DNA from: Myxococcota bacterium
GTDB taxonomy: Bacteria > Myxococcota_A > Polyangia > Nannocystales > Nannocystaceae
Reading direction: 5' to 3'
Length of the DNA: 64,000 bases
Assembly: GCA_039028615.1 (NCBI GenBank)
Contig: JBCCHT010000012.1
Span: 32,001 to 96,000 of the forward strand
The translations under genes were made by a program, and so were the position numbers. The notes beneath the pieces are model-generated. The model searched no databases. It had not been told where the DNA came from and was given only the letters and a program-made list of their open reading frames with translations. This document shows, in pieces, positions 38,525-48,041 of this stretch (its first letter is position 1; each line of letters begins with the position of its first letter).

Positions 38525-40039
38525 TCAGGGCCGAAAGCGCGACAGCGTAGCGCCTTCGATCGCTTGGCCGCCGACCTCGACGCTGGTGCCGCTGGAGATC
38601 CGAGCCACCACCGAGCCGTCGGGGCCAACCGCGAGCCCGTGCACCCAGACCGACGCGGGGTCCCGCAGCAGCTCCAGCCAACGACCCTGTCCCTGCCGAT
38701 CGATCCCCAAGAGGCCCACCGTCTCGACGTTCGGCGGCACGTGGACCCCGATCGGGCTCACGTCGAGAGCGCCGTAGAACTCGAGCGCGAGCACGACCGT
38801 GTCGTCGGGGCCGACGTCGACCCCTCGCACCGTAGCCTCGGTGCCCAGCCACTGTTCGGAGACGGGCTCGAGCTCGTCGGTGAAGTGGGCGAGCACGCCA
38901 CTATTGAAGCCTTCGAGGTGAGCGGTGAACACAGCCAAGAGCGTGCCGTCCTCGAGCCCGAACAGCTCGAGGTTGTCCAGCGGCACGGTGAGCTCGGTGT
39001 GCAGCGGCCGTTCGTCGATCAACGTGCCTCCCGCCGACAGTCGCAGCGCATACGCCCCGTAGAGCCCGAGGTCGACCGGCTCTCCGTCGAGGGTCGGCTC
39101 GACCGACTGGCTCGGCGAGAAGATGGCTCCCACCACCACTTCGCCGCTGTCCAGCACCGCGACGGCGATCGCTCGATCGCTGAGGCCGAACACGCCCGAG
39201 AGCCGACGCTCCCACGCGGGGATGCCATCGGAGGTGAAGGCGACCACCACCAACGACTCGTCGAGCAAATCTCGCCGACCCGCCACATAGACGGAGCCAT
39301 CGGGGCCCACGTCGACGGCGCTCACCGACGTGAAGGTCGTGCCCCGGCTCCACAGGTGATTGCCGTCGCCGTCGTAGCGAGCCACGAACCCGCGGCGCTC
39401 GTCGGCGTAGGGCAGCATGCCGCCGCCAGCGTCGAAGTCGAGGGTGTAGTAGCCCACCATGGTGGAGCGCTGCTCCGCGTCCACGGCCAAGTCGGCGACC
39501 CAGTCGACCCCCGGGTGGATGAAGCTGTGGTGCCACAGCAGGTCGCCCTGCTCATCGACCTTGAGCAGGTAGACATCGTCGAGGACGACGCCCTCGTACT
39601 CGAAGGCCCCGCCCGAGCTTCCGACGTAGGTGTGGCCCTGCCCATCGAGAGCCAGGTGGCGGAAGCTGGCCTGGGTCTGCTTCGTCCATACGAGTTCGGG
39701 CTCGCACACCACCGACCCGTCGCAGTCGTCGTCCTGCGCGGTGCTGCAGTCTTCGCGCGCCGCGGGGAGGACCTCGTCGGCACAGGGCAGCCACTCCGTG
39801 CCATCGGCGGCACAGACCTGCTCGCCCGCCCGGCACACGCCGAGCCCCTCGCTGCCCAGCGGGCCGCCGTAGCACGACCGGCGCTCGTCGGGCACACACT
39901 GCGCCCCGAGCCCCACCGTAGCGGGCGCGGTACTCTCGGACTCGTCGCCGCCGCTGCTGCTACCCGCTCCGCTCGGCGCCTCGGCCTCGCGGCAACCCAC
40001 GAGACCCACCAAGAGCGCCAGCCCTATGATGCGAGGCAT
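38525..40039 (-). CDS. Lipoprotein with Cys-rich myxobacterial repeat and beta-propeller
   Basis: Lipobox LVGC; CYGGP..GVCRAG..C..DDDCDG; repeated LAVD/DG..LW blades. Confidence 0.8.
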   Translation of the reverse strand: MPRIIGLALLVGLVGCREAEAPSGAGSSSGGDESESTAPATVGLGAQCVPDERRSCYGGPLGSEGLGVCRAGEQVCAADGTEWLPCADEVLPAAREDCSTAQDDDCDGSVVCEPELVWTKQTQASFRHLALDGQGHTYVGSSGGAFEYEGVVLDDVYLLKVDEQGDLLWHHSFIHPGVDWVADLAVDAEQRSTMVGYYTLDFDAGGGMLPYADERRGFVARYDGDGNHLWSRGTTFTSVSAVDVGPDGSVYVAGRRDLLDESLVVVAFTSDGIPAWERRLSGVFGLSDRAIAVAVLDSGEVVVGAIFSPSQSVEPTLDGEPVDLGLYGAYALRLSAGGTLIDERPLHTELTVPLDNLELFGLEDGTLLAVFTAHLEGFNSGVLAHFTDELEPVSEQWLGTEATVRGVDVGPDDTVVLALEFYGALDVSPIGVHVPPNVETVGLLGIDRQGQGRWLELLRDPASVWVHGLAVGPDGSVVARISSGTSVEVGGQAIEGATLSRFRP

Positions 40040-40108
40040 CACCTTGGTCACGATAGCAAGCCCGGCGGGCGTAACACCGCACCGGTGCAGGACGATCGTT
40101 TCGTTGTG

Positions 40109-41089
40109 ATGGGTGCACGGACGACGGCGATGGTGTTGAGCGCGGCTCTCGCGTCGTGGGCGTGCCATCCCGAGGTCGACGATGAACCGCTGGCCACGCC
40201 CCCGGGCTCCGATCCGGCCGAGGCCTCGGGCATCGCGAATCCGCCCGAGGCGACGGCCAACAATGGCATCTCGGTCGGCGACGCGGTCATCACCGTCGAG
40301 TACGACGGGCGCGAGCTGTCCCTGCCCGACGAGGTGCTCGAGGCCTGGGTCCAGCGCTCGGCCAGCATGGTCCGCGGCTACCTCGGCGAGTTCCCCGTGC
40401 CCACCCTCGAGATCACCCTGGTCGGCCGGGGCTTCGGCGGCGTGGGCTTCGGCATGCACCAGGATGGGCGGTGGATCACCGTCTACTGCGGGCGGCGCAT
40501 CTCCAACGATGGCCTCGAGAACGACTGGGTCATGGTCCACGAGATGCTGCACGCCGCCTTCCCCGACCTCCAACGCGACCACCGCTGGATGCAGGAAGGA
40601 CTGTCGACCTACCTCGAGCCCATCGTGCGCGCCCGGGCCGGCAACACCCCCGACACCGAGGTCTGGCGCCGATGGACGCGGTCGATGCACCACGGTCGCC
40701 CCAAGGCGGGAGACCGCGGCCTCGACCAGACCCACACCTGGGGTCGGACCTACTGGGGCGGCGCCCTGTTCTGGCTGGCGGTCGACGTCGAGCTGCGCAA
40801 GCGGACCAACAACGAAACGTCCATTCGCGACATCGTGCGCGGCATCCTGGCCGAAGGCGGCAACGGGCGCGCCAACTGGTCGACCCGCAAGGTGGTCGCG
40901 GTGGGTGATGCGGCCACGGGCAACACCGTGCTGGCCGAGACCTACGCCGCCATGGCCGAGGCCCCCGGCGACATCGACCTGCCTGCTCTGTTCGCCGACT
41001 TGGGTGTCCAGCGGCACGACGACGGCACGGTGACCTTCGACGATACTGCCCCCATGGCGCATATTCGCCGCGCGATCACCCGGCAGTGA
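40109..41089 (+). CDS. Gluzincin-type metallopeptidase lipoprotein
   Basis: HEMLH..WMQEGLSTY and TYWGG motifs; SWAC lipobox-like. Confidence 0.8.
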   Translation: MGARTTAMVLSAALASWACHPEVDDEPLATPPGSDPAEASGIANPPEATANNGISVGDAVITVEYDGRELSLPDEVLEAWVQRSASMVRGYLGEFPVPTLEITLVGRGFGGVGFGMHQDGRWITVYCGRRISNDGLENDWVMVHEMLHAAFPDLQRDHRWMQEGLSTYLEPIVRARAGNTPDTEVWRRWTRSMHHGRPKAGDRGLDQTHTWGRTYWGGALFWLAVDVELRKRTNNETSIRDIVRGILAEGGNGRANWSTRKVVAVGDAATGNTVLAETYAAMAEAPGDIDLPALFADLGVQRHDDGTVTFDDTAPMAHIRRAITRQ

Positions 41090-42156
41090 GCGCGGCCGGG
41101 CCGTGCTATCACCGGGGCCTGGACATCGACCCCGAGATTGGCCAGGCCGAGCGCCTTCCCGCTGCCCTCCACCACGATCCGACGTGGTTCGAGCGCATGC
41201 GCGAGCGGGTCCTCGTTCGTACGTGGCACGCCTACCCCGGCCCGCTGCCTCCGCTCGAGCCGGGGCTGGTAATGCCGTGGAACTTGCTGCCCGTCAGCAT
41301 CGACGAGCCGCTCGTGCTCTGCGTCGGTGAGCAGGGGCCGCGCCTGCTGTCGAACGTCTGCACCCATTGTGGAGCGATGCTCGTGGCCCGGGTGAGCACC
41401 AACGCCGAGGGTCTGCGCTGCTCCGCGCATGGCCGGAGCTTCGCGCTGAACGGCCTGTTCGACGAGGATCCGGCCTTCGAGGGGGTCGACGGGGTGCCGT
41501 CGGCCAAGGACCACCTCGCCTCCGTCGCCCTCGAGCGCTGGGGACCGATGGCGTGGGCGAGCCTCGACCCGGTGCACCCCTTCGCCGAGCTGGTCGAGCC
41601 GCTGCAGCGACGGCTGAGCTTCCTCGACATCGATACGTTGCGACCGGTAGCCAAGCTCTTCCGCGAGTATCACGTGCCCGCGGGGTGGCTGGCGGTCTGC
41701 GAGCAGAAGCTCCGGGGTGCGGCCGCCGACGAGGTCCACCCCTCGCCGTGGGGCTCGCTGCGGCTCGAGATGGCCAGCGGCGAGCAAGCCCGACTCACGC
41801 TGCCGCCCGAGCACCCCGACCACGGCCGCGACCTCGCGAGCCTGCACTCGTGGCTGTTCCCGAGCACGTCGATCGCCGTCTACCCGTGGGGACTGGCGAT
41901 CGAGCTGATCTTGCCGCTGACCCCCACCGAGACCCGGGTGGTGTGCATGGGCCTGGCCGCCGACCCCGATGCCATCGACGACGCGCTGGGAACCACGCTC
42001 GATCAACGCGCTCACGAGGCCCATGGCCGCGCCGTCTCGGTCGCTCGAGGCCAGCGCGCTCGGCTCTACCCGCGCTCGGGCTACTCCCCTCGGCACGAGC
42101 GAGCGCTCCACCACTTTCATCGGCAGCTCGGCGAGCTGCTGGCCGACTCCGACTAG
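41086..42156 (+). CDS. Degenerate Rieske oxygenase alpha-subunit homologue (Rieske ligands intact, mononuclear Fe site absent)
   Basis: CTH...CSAH present; the NWK..D.YH...H and ED segments are not conserved. Confidence 0.75.
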   Translation: MSAAGPCYHRGLDIDPEIGQAERLPAALHHDPTWFERMRERVLVRTWHAYPGPLPPLEPGLVMPWNLLPVSIDEPLVLCVGEQGPRLLSNVCTHCGAMLVARVSTNAEGLRCSAHGRSFALNGLFDEDPAFEGVDGVPSAKDHLASVALERWGPMAWASLDPVHPFAELVEPLQRRLSFLDIDTLRPVAKLFREYHVPAGWLAVCEQKLRGAAADEVHPSPWGSLRLEMASGEQARLTLPPEHPDHGRDLASLHSWLFPSTSIAVYPWGLAIELILPLTPTETRVVCMGLAADPDAIDDALGTTLDQRAHEAHGRAVSVARGQRARLYPRSGYSPRHERALHHFHRQLGELLADSD

Positions 42157-43394
42157 GACCCGAGGCTCTTCAGGCCGGCGACCCGGCGGCGCTGGCCGTC
42201 GTCGGTGTCGAGGCTGAAGCTGTGGCCGTGGCCGATCTCGTTGATCATCGCGGTGAGCTGCTCGGCGGCGCGGCGCAGCTCGGTCTTGGCCCCGCGCGGG
42301 ACCTTGGCGAACAACGCATGCACCACCCGCTGGCTGTCCGGGTCGAACTCCCACATGCCCACGATCTCGTCCCCGCATGCGATCGGCCGCGATGCGAGGT
42401 GACGGGCCTTGCCCAGCGTGGTCGCTCGGGTTCCGCCCCAGGCTTCGGCCGGGAGATCATGGAACTGGGGATCGACCAGACGACGCGGGCCGCCGCGCAA
42501 CGCGACGAAGTTGTCGGCGAAGGGCAGCAAGGCGATCCGGGTCGAGCGCTCGGCCGGCTTCGCGAGCCCTTCGCTTTGGCCCGGCAACACGAACGCGGCC
42601 GCCTTGTCGTCTTCGACGCGCAGCTCTTCCGCTTCGAGGCGCCCGAGTGAGGCCTTGATGTCGCGCTGCGGCATGCCGGACCACGTCGCGATTTCCTTGG
42701 CGGTGGCCGGCCCCGCGTTGCGCAAGAAGCGTTTCACGACCGTATCGACCAGCTCGTCCGGGTCGGCGGACGAGGTCTCCGGCGAGTCGGCGATCGCCCA
42801 CTCGTACCGCTCGCTGTCCAGACGCCCGCCAGGCAAGGTGCGGACGATCGTCCCGGAGAACTCGAGCACGCGTAGCGCGGGAGGCAGGGGCGAGGACACA
42901 CCGACCTTCTTCCCCGCCGCGCCCAGGCTACGAACGCTGCCCTCGGGGAGGCCCCGGCGAATCTTGTCGGTCGTCGCGGGGCCATTGTCCGCGAGCCACT
43001 TGGACACCGACTTGGCGAGCCGCTCCACCTCCCCCTTTTTCACCCTGGCCTTGTCCAGATCGCGCTGGATCCGAGACGCCGAGAGGTGATTGGCCAGGCG
43101 CAGCAGCAGCGGCGCCTCGGCCTTGGTCACCAGGTAGATGCAGCCCCGTACCGCCGGTACGACCCGCAGCGCTCCTCGCTGCACCGCACGATTGATGGTG
43201 CCCACCGACGCCTTCGAAGCCCGGGAGGCGATGGCGACATAGGCCTCCACTCCACCCAGCGTGCGCGGCCACCCGGTGCGCTCGACCACCGTATCGGGGC
43301 GAGTGCCCTTGGCCTCGGCCAGCCCCTGACTCGCATGCCAGTGGGCGCGAGCCCGGGCCAAGCTGATGGTCATCGTCGCGGGGCGCTTGCTCAT
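42153..43394 (-). CDS. Winged-helix DNA glycosylase, AlkZ/YcaQ (HTH_42) family
   Basis: VRGCIYLV, GPATAKEIATWSG, ALLPFADNF and GEIVGMW-type motifs. Confidence 0.8.
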   Translation of the reverse strand: MSKRPATMTISLARARAHWHASQGLAEAKGTRPDTVVERTGWPRTLGGVEAYVAIASRASKASVGTINRAVQRGALRVVPAVRGCIYLVTKAEAPLLLRLANHLSASRIQRDLDKARVKKGEVERLAKSVSKWLADNGPATTDKIRRGLPEGSVRSLGAAGKKVGVSSPLPPALRVLEFSGTIVRTLPGGRLDSERYEWAIADSPETSSADPDELVDTVVKRFLRNAGPATAKEIATWSGMPQRDIKASLGRLEAEELRVEDDKAAAFVLPGQSEGLAKPAERSTRIALLPFADNFVALRGGPRRLVDPQFHDLPAEAWGGTRATTLGKARHLASRPIACGDEIVGMWEFDPDSQRVVHALFAKVPRGAKTELRRAAEQLTAMINEIGHGHSFSLDTDDGQRRRVAGLKSLGS

Positions 43395-43487
43395 GGTCCC
43401 GACGATAGCGCGAACCGCCGTCGCCCGAGATGCGAGCACCCGCAAGCGGAGCAAAACCCCGTTGTGACAGCCCCGCGCCGATCCGTC

Positions 43488-44627
43488 ATGATGGACAGCG
43501 TCGTGATCGACCCCACCGCCACCGACCCTCGCGACGAGCTGAAGCGCTTCGACCCCACGATCCCGATCGCCAAGGCCTGGACCCCGCCTTCGTCTTGGTA
43601 CACCTCCCCCGAGATCTACGAGCTGGAGCGTCGCCACGTCTTTGGGCGCACGTGGCAGCCGGTCGCTCGCCTGGCCACGCTGCAGGCGCCCGGTGCCTAC
43701 GCCAGCGGGTGCACGGCGTCCGAGCCCTGGGTCGTGCTTCGCGACGACGAGCAGCGGCTCCGTGGGTTCTCGAACACCTGCCGCCACAAGGGCCGCGAGG
43801 TCGTGCAGGGCAGCGGCCAGGCCGACGCGCTCGTCTGTGGCTACCACGCGTGGACCTACGACCTCCGCGGTCGCCTTCGCAGTGCGCCGCGCATGGCCGG
43901 GATCCAGGACTTCGATCGCGAGCAGATGTCCCTACCTTCGCTGGCCACCGAGTCCTGGGGGCCGTGGGCGTGGCTGAACCACGATCGTCAGGCTCCCGCG
44001 CTGCTGTCCCGGGTCCGCCCGCTCGACGAGCGACTGGCTCGCACCGACTGGGGAGCGCTACGCTTCCACTCGAGCGTGTCGTGGACCCTGGAGTGCAACT
44101 GGAAGGTCTACGTCGACAACTACCTCGACGGCGGCTACCACATCCCGCACATGCACCCGTCGCTCGATGCCCAGGTCGACATGGCCTCGTATCGCACGGA
44201 GTGCTTCGACCAGTTCTCGATCCAGACCGTCGACCCTTCGAGCGCCGCCGACGACCGCACCAAGGTCGATCCCGCGGAACGGATCGGGCCAGGGGCGATC
44301 TACGCGTGGATCTACCCCAACTTCATGATCAACCGGTACGGCCCGTGCCTCGACTCCAACCATGTGGTGCCGCTGGGGCCGAACCGCTGCCGGGTCGACT
44401 ACGAATTTTACTTCATCGAGGGCGAGGGCGAAGACGCCCTCGCCTTCGTCGAGCAGAGCATCGAGCAGGCCGCCATCACCCAGCAAGAAGACATCGCGAT
44501 CTGCGAGTCGGTGCAGCGGGGGCTCGCCTCGCGGCACTACGAGGTCGGGCGCTACGCGCCGCGCGTCGAGCAGGGTGAGCATCACTTTCATCGGCTGCTC
44601 GCCGCCGATCTCCGCCACACCGAGTAA
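43488..44627 (+). CDS. Rieske non-heme iron oxygenase, choline monooxygenase-like
   Basis: CRH..CGYHAW, CNWKVYVDNYLDGGYHIPHMHP, YPNFMINRYG, EDIAICESVQRG. Confidence 0.9.
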   Translation: MMDSVVIDPTATDPRDELKRFDPTIPIAKAWTPPSSWYTSPEIYELERRHVFGRTWQPVARLATLQAPGAYASGCTASEPWVVLRDDEQRLRGFSNTCRHKGREVVQGSGQADALVCGYHAWTYDLRGRLRSAPRMAGIQDFDREQMSLPSLATESWGPWAWLNHDRQAPALLSRVRPLDERLARTDWGALRFHSSVSWTLECNWKVYVDNYLDGGYHIPHMHPSLDAQVDMASYRTECFDQFSIQTVDPSSAADDRTKVDPAERIGPGAIYAWIYPNFMINRYGPCLDSNHVVPLGPNRCRVDYEFYFIEGEGEDALAFVEQSIEQAAITQQEDIAICESVQRGLASRHYEVGRYAPRVEQGEHHFHRLLAADLRHTE

Positions 44628-44670
44628 GCGTGGCTTGTGGCAAAGGGCGGGCCTCGCTAGCTTCGGGACG

Positions 44671-46050
44671 ATGCCTCCTGGCCCCGACGCCGAAACGCTC
44701 GCGACCGTCGCGGCTCAGCTCATCACCCAGCAGCTCCAACGCGACGAACACGAACCCATGCGCCCGCTTCGAAGCGCGACCGAGCTCGAGGCTTCGCTCC
44801 CGCTGGCGCTCGACGGCTCGTCCCTGCCGTGGACGCGGACGATCGAGCTGCTGGGCGAGGTCCTGGCCGCGACCCCCACGACCAGCAGTCGGCGCTTCTT
44901 CAACCAGCTCTTCGGCGGCCGCGACCCCGTCGCCACGCTCGCCGAGCTGACCACGGTCATCTCCAACACCCCCATGCACACCTTCAAGGCGAGCGGGGTC
45001 CAGGTGCTCATCGAGCGCGAGGTCCTGCGACGCATGGGCGCGATGGCGGGTATGACCGAGGGCGACGGCGTGATCGCTCCCGGCGGCTCGATCTCCAACC
45101 TCATGGGGATGATGCTGGCGCGCAACACCGCGGTCGCGAAGGCTCGGAGTGAAGGGCTGCCGGGCACCCGCCTGTGCGTCTACACCTCGGAGGCCAGCCA
45201 CTACTCGGTGCGCAAGGCGGCCGGCGTGCTCGGCTTCGGTCGCGACAACGTCCGCCGGGTGCCCATCGACCACCAGGGCCGGATGCGCCCCGACGCGCTG
45301 GCATCGATGATCGAGGAGGATCGAGCTGCGGGTGCCCTGCCCGTGATGATCAACGCGACCGCATGCACCACCGTGCTCGGGGCCTTCGATCCCCTGCCCG
45401 CCCTCGCCGACCTCGCCGAAGAGACCGGAGTCTGGCTGCACGTCGATGCGGCGTACGGCGGCTCGATCCTGCTCTCCCCCCAGCATCGGCATCACCTCGA
45501 GGGCACCGCCCGCGCGGACTCGCTGACCTGGGATGCCCACAAGCTGCTCGGCGTGCCGCTCACCTGCTCGGCCCTGCTCACCCGCCGAGCGGGCGTGTGC
45601 ACGGAGCACCTCGACGAGCCCGCGAGCTACCTGTTCCAAGACGACGCGTTCTACGACCCCGGCCGCGGTTCACTGCAGTGCGCGCGTCGTAACGATGCGC
45701 TCAAGCTGTGGCTTTCGTGGAAGCACCACGGCGACGAAGGGTTCGCTCGGCGCATCGACACGCTCTTCGCCCTGGCCCAGCACGTCGCGGCGCGAGTCGA
45801 GGCCGAGCCCCGCTGCCGCCTCATGCGACCCCCCGCGTCCGTCAACGTCTGCTTCGAGGTCCTGGGCGTCGACAACCGCCGGCTCTGCCGCGTGCTGTGG
45901 GAGCGGGGCATCGCCAAGATCGGCCACGCGCGGGTCGACGACCGCGACATCGTGCGATGGGTCTTCGTCAATCCCGAGGTGGAACCGGCCGAGGTCGACA
46001 CCGTGCTCGACGAGCTGCTGGCCCTGGCCGAAGACCTCGATGGAACCTGA
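44671..46050 (+). CDS. Group II PLP-dependent decarboxylase (GAD/CSAD-like)
   Basis: FFNQLFGG, PGGSISN, HYSV, WLHVDAAYGG, DAHKLL motifs. Confidence 0.9.
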   Translation: MPPGPDAETLATVAAQLITQQLQRDEHEPMRPLRSATELEASLPLALDGSSLPWTRTIELLGEVLAATPTTSSRRFFNQLFGGRDPVATLAELTTVISNTPMHTFKASGVQVLIEREVLRRMGAMAGMTEGDGVIAPGGSISNLMGMMLARNTAVAKARSEGLPGTRLCVYTSEASHYSVRKAAGVLGFGRDNVRRVPIDHQGRMRPDALASMIEEDRAAGALPVMINATACTTVLGAFDPLPALADLAEETGVWLHVDAAYGGSILLSPQHRHHLEGTARADSLTWDAHKLLGVPLTCSALLTRRAGVCTEHLDEPASYLFQDDAFYDPGRGSLQCARRNDALKLWLSWKHHGDEGFARRIDTLFALAQHVAARVEAEPRCRLMRPPASVNVCFEVLGVDNRRLCRVLWERGIAKIGHARVDDRDIVRWVFVNPEVEPAEVDTVLDELLALAEDLDGT

Positions 46051-46159
46051 GCCGGACGCGGGCCCCCGCGTATGGCCTCGAGCGGTCGTGACCACGATGT
46101 GACCTTCCGGTCGCCCGTGGCCTTGGCCTCCTGCCCGCTGCATCCGGCATCATCTCCCT

Positions 46160-47839
46160 GTGCGACGCCGCGAGCTTCTGACGGGGACCTCTGCCCTCGG
46201 CCTGTTCGGTTGCCGACCGACGGCCCCCGCCGCCATTCCGCCCGCGCCTCCGACGACGCGGCCGATGCCCTCGCCCGACGCGGACCCATCGGCGCCCCCG
46301 AGCCCATTCCTCCACGGCGTGGCCTCGGGCGATCCGCTGGCCGACCGCGTGATCCTCTGGACCCGCGTCACCCCCCTCGCCCGCGATGCCGAAATCGACA
46401 CACGCTGGGAAATCGCCCTCGACCCCCAGCTGCGTCGGGTCGTCGGCCGGGGCTCCCGACGCGTCACCGCGGCCACCGATCACACCCTCAAGATCGACGT
46501 GACTGGCCTTCAGCCGGGGCAGGCCTACTACTACCGCTTCGAAGCCGCCGGGCACCGCTCGCCGATCGGCCGCACCCGCACCGCCCCCACCGGCTCCATC
46601 GACCGCCTGCGACTCGCCACCGCGTCCTGCTCCAACTACCCCTACGGCTTCTTCAACGTCTACGGGGCAATCGCGCGTCGCAACGACCTGCACGCCGTGC
46701 TGCACCTGGGCGACTACCTCTACGAGTACGAGAACGGCCGCTACGGCGACGGAACCCCGCTTTCCCGCGAGCCCGACCCCGTCGACCGCGAGATGGTGAG
46801 CCTGGCCGACTACCGAGCCCGGCACGCCATCTACAAGACCGACCCCGATCTCCAGGAGCTGCACCGACAGCATCCGGTCATCGCGATCTGGGACGACCAC
46901 GAGTTCACCAACGACGCCTGGTGGGGCGGCGCCCAGAACCACCAGCCGGAAGAAGGAGACTGGCCGACCCGCCGCGCCGCCGCAGTGCGTGCCTATTGGG
47001 AGTGGATGCCGATTCGCGAGCTGCCCAGCGATCCCACCGGACAGATCCACCGCCGCATCCGCTTCGGCAACCTGCTCGATCTGGTCATGCTCGACACTCG
47101 CCTGCGCGGACGAGATCGCCAGGCCGACTGGCACCAGCCGGGCTACGAGGCCATCGTCGCCGATCCCGAGCGCAGCCTGCTCGGACGCCCCCAGGAAGCC
47201 TGGCTCGCCGCCCAGCTCGAACGCTCGCGCGACGACGGCATCGCATGGAGGGTGCTGGGCCAGCAGGTGATGATGAGCGCGCTGCAGCCCCGCTCGCTGG
47301 GGGACTGGGTGAACACGGACATGTGGGACGGCTACGCGCCCGCCCGACGGCGCCTCCTCGACCATGTCGCGGGCGCGAAGATCGAGGACCTCGTCGTGCT
47401 GACGGGGGACATCCACAGCTCGTGGGGGTTCGAGATCGCGGCCGATCCCTTTGGGCGTGGCTACGATCCGGTGACCGGACGGGGAGCGCTGGCGGTGGAG
47501 TTCGTGACGCCGTCGGTCTCGTCGCCGTCTCCGGTCGCACCCGACCAGGCGCTCGCGAAAGAGCAGCACATGAAGGACTTGCATCCGCACCTGCGCTTCG
47601 TCGAGCTACGACATCGGGGCTACACCATCCTCGACATCGATCACGACCGTACGGTGTGTGAATGGCACCATGTCGATGGGGTGGATGAGCGAGCCATCGT
47701 CGAGCAACACACTCGGTCGCTCGCCACCGCGCGAGGCAAGGCGCAGCTGGTCGATGTGAAGGACGTGACGACGGCGGACCCTGATGCGCCGGCTCCGGCT
47801 CCGGGTGGAGCGTCGTCCGGCATGATCGACGCGCGCTGA
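46160..47839 (+). CDS. phoD: Alkaline phosphatase D, Tat-exported (lipo)protein
   Basis: RRRELL Tat motif and LFGC; HGVASGDP, HLGDYLYE, WDDHE, DMWDGY, TGDIH. Confidence 0.93.
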   Translation: MRRRELLTGTSALGLFGCRPTAPAAIPPAPPTTRPMPSPDADPSAPPSPFLHGVASGDPLADRVILWTRVTPLARDAEIDTRWEIALDPQLRRVVGRGSRRVTAATDHTLKIDVTGLQPGQAYYYRFEAAGHRSPIGRTRTAPTGSIDRLRLATASCSNYPYGFFNVYGAIARRNDLHAVLHLGDYLYEYENGRYGDGTPLSREPDPVDREMVSLADYRARHAIYKTDPDLQELHRQHPVIAIWDDHEFTNDAWWGGAQNHQPEEGDWPTRRAAAVRAYWEWMPIRELPSDPTGQIHRRIRFGNLLDLVMLDTRLRGRDRQADWHQPGYEAIVADPERSLLGRPQEAWLAAQLERSRDDGIAWRVLGQQVMMSALQPRSLGDWVNTDMWDGYAPARRRLLDHVAGAKIEDLVVLTGDIHSSWGFEIAADPFGRGYDPVTGRGALAVEFVTPSVSSPSPVAPDQALAKEQHMKDLHPHLRFVELRHRGYTILDIDHDRTVCEWHHVDGVDERAIVEQHTRSLATARGKAQLVDVKDVTTADPDAPAPAPGGASSGMIDAR

Positions 47840-48013
47840 CCTTGGCCGGCATCGGACGCTCGGTTCTCCTCCCGTGGTGGCTAGAGCGCCCACCCGTCGG
47901 CTACATCGTTATCCTGCGAGCATTGCCGAGTGCGATCGGGACCCCATGCGAGGCTTGCAGTTTCGAGCTCCGACCCTCGCAATTTCTCGCCATCGGGATG
48001 GCCGAGCCTCGGT

Positions 48014-48029
48014 TGGCACCGGCGTTGCA
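48014..48029 (+). promoter_or_regulatory. Sigma54 (-24/-12) promoter
   Basis: TGGCAC-cggcg-TTGCA matches the consensus, just upstream of ATG 48042. Confidence 0.75.
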
Positions 48030-48041
48030 CAAACAGCGGGC

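Noticed and set aside
38516..41089. Two overlapping ~850-aa ORFs on opposite strands
   Set aside because: They resolve into two divergent genes starting at 40039 (-) and 40109 (+); the extensions are shadows of each other
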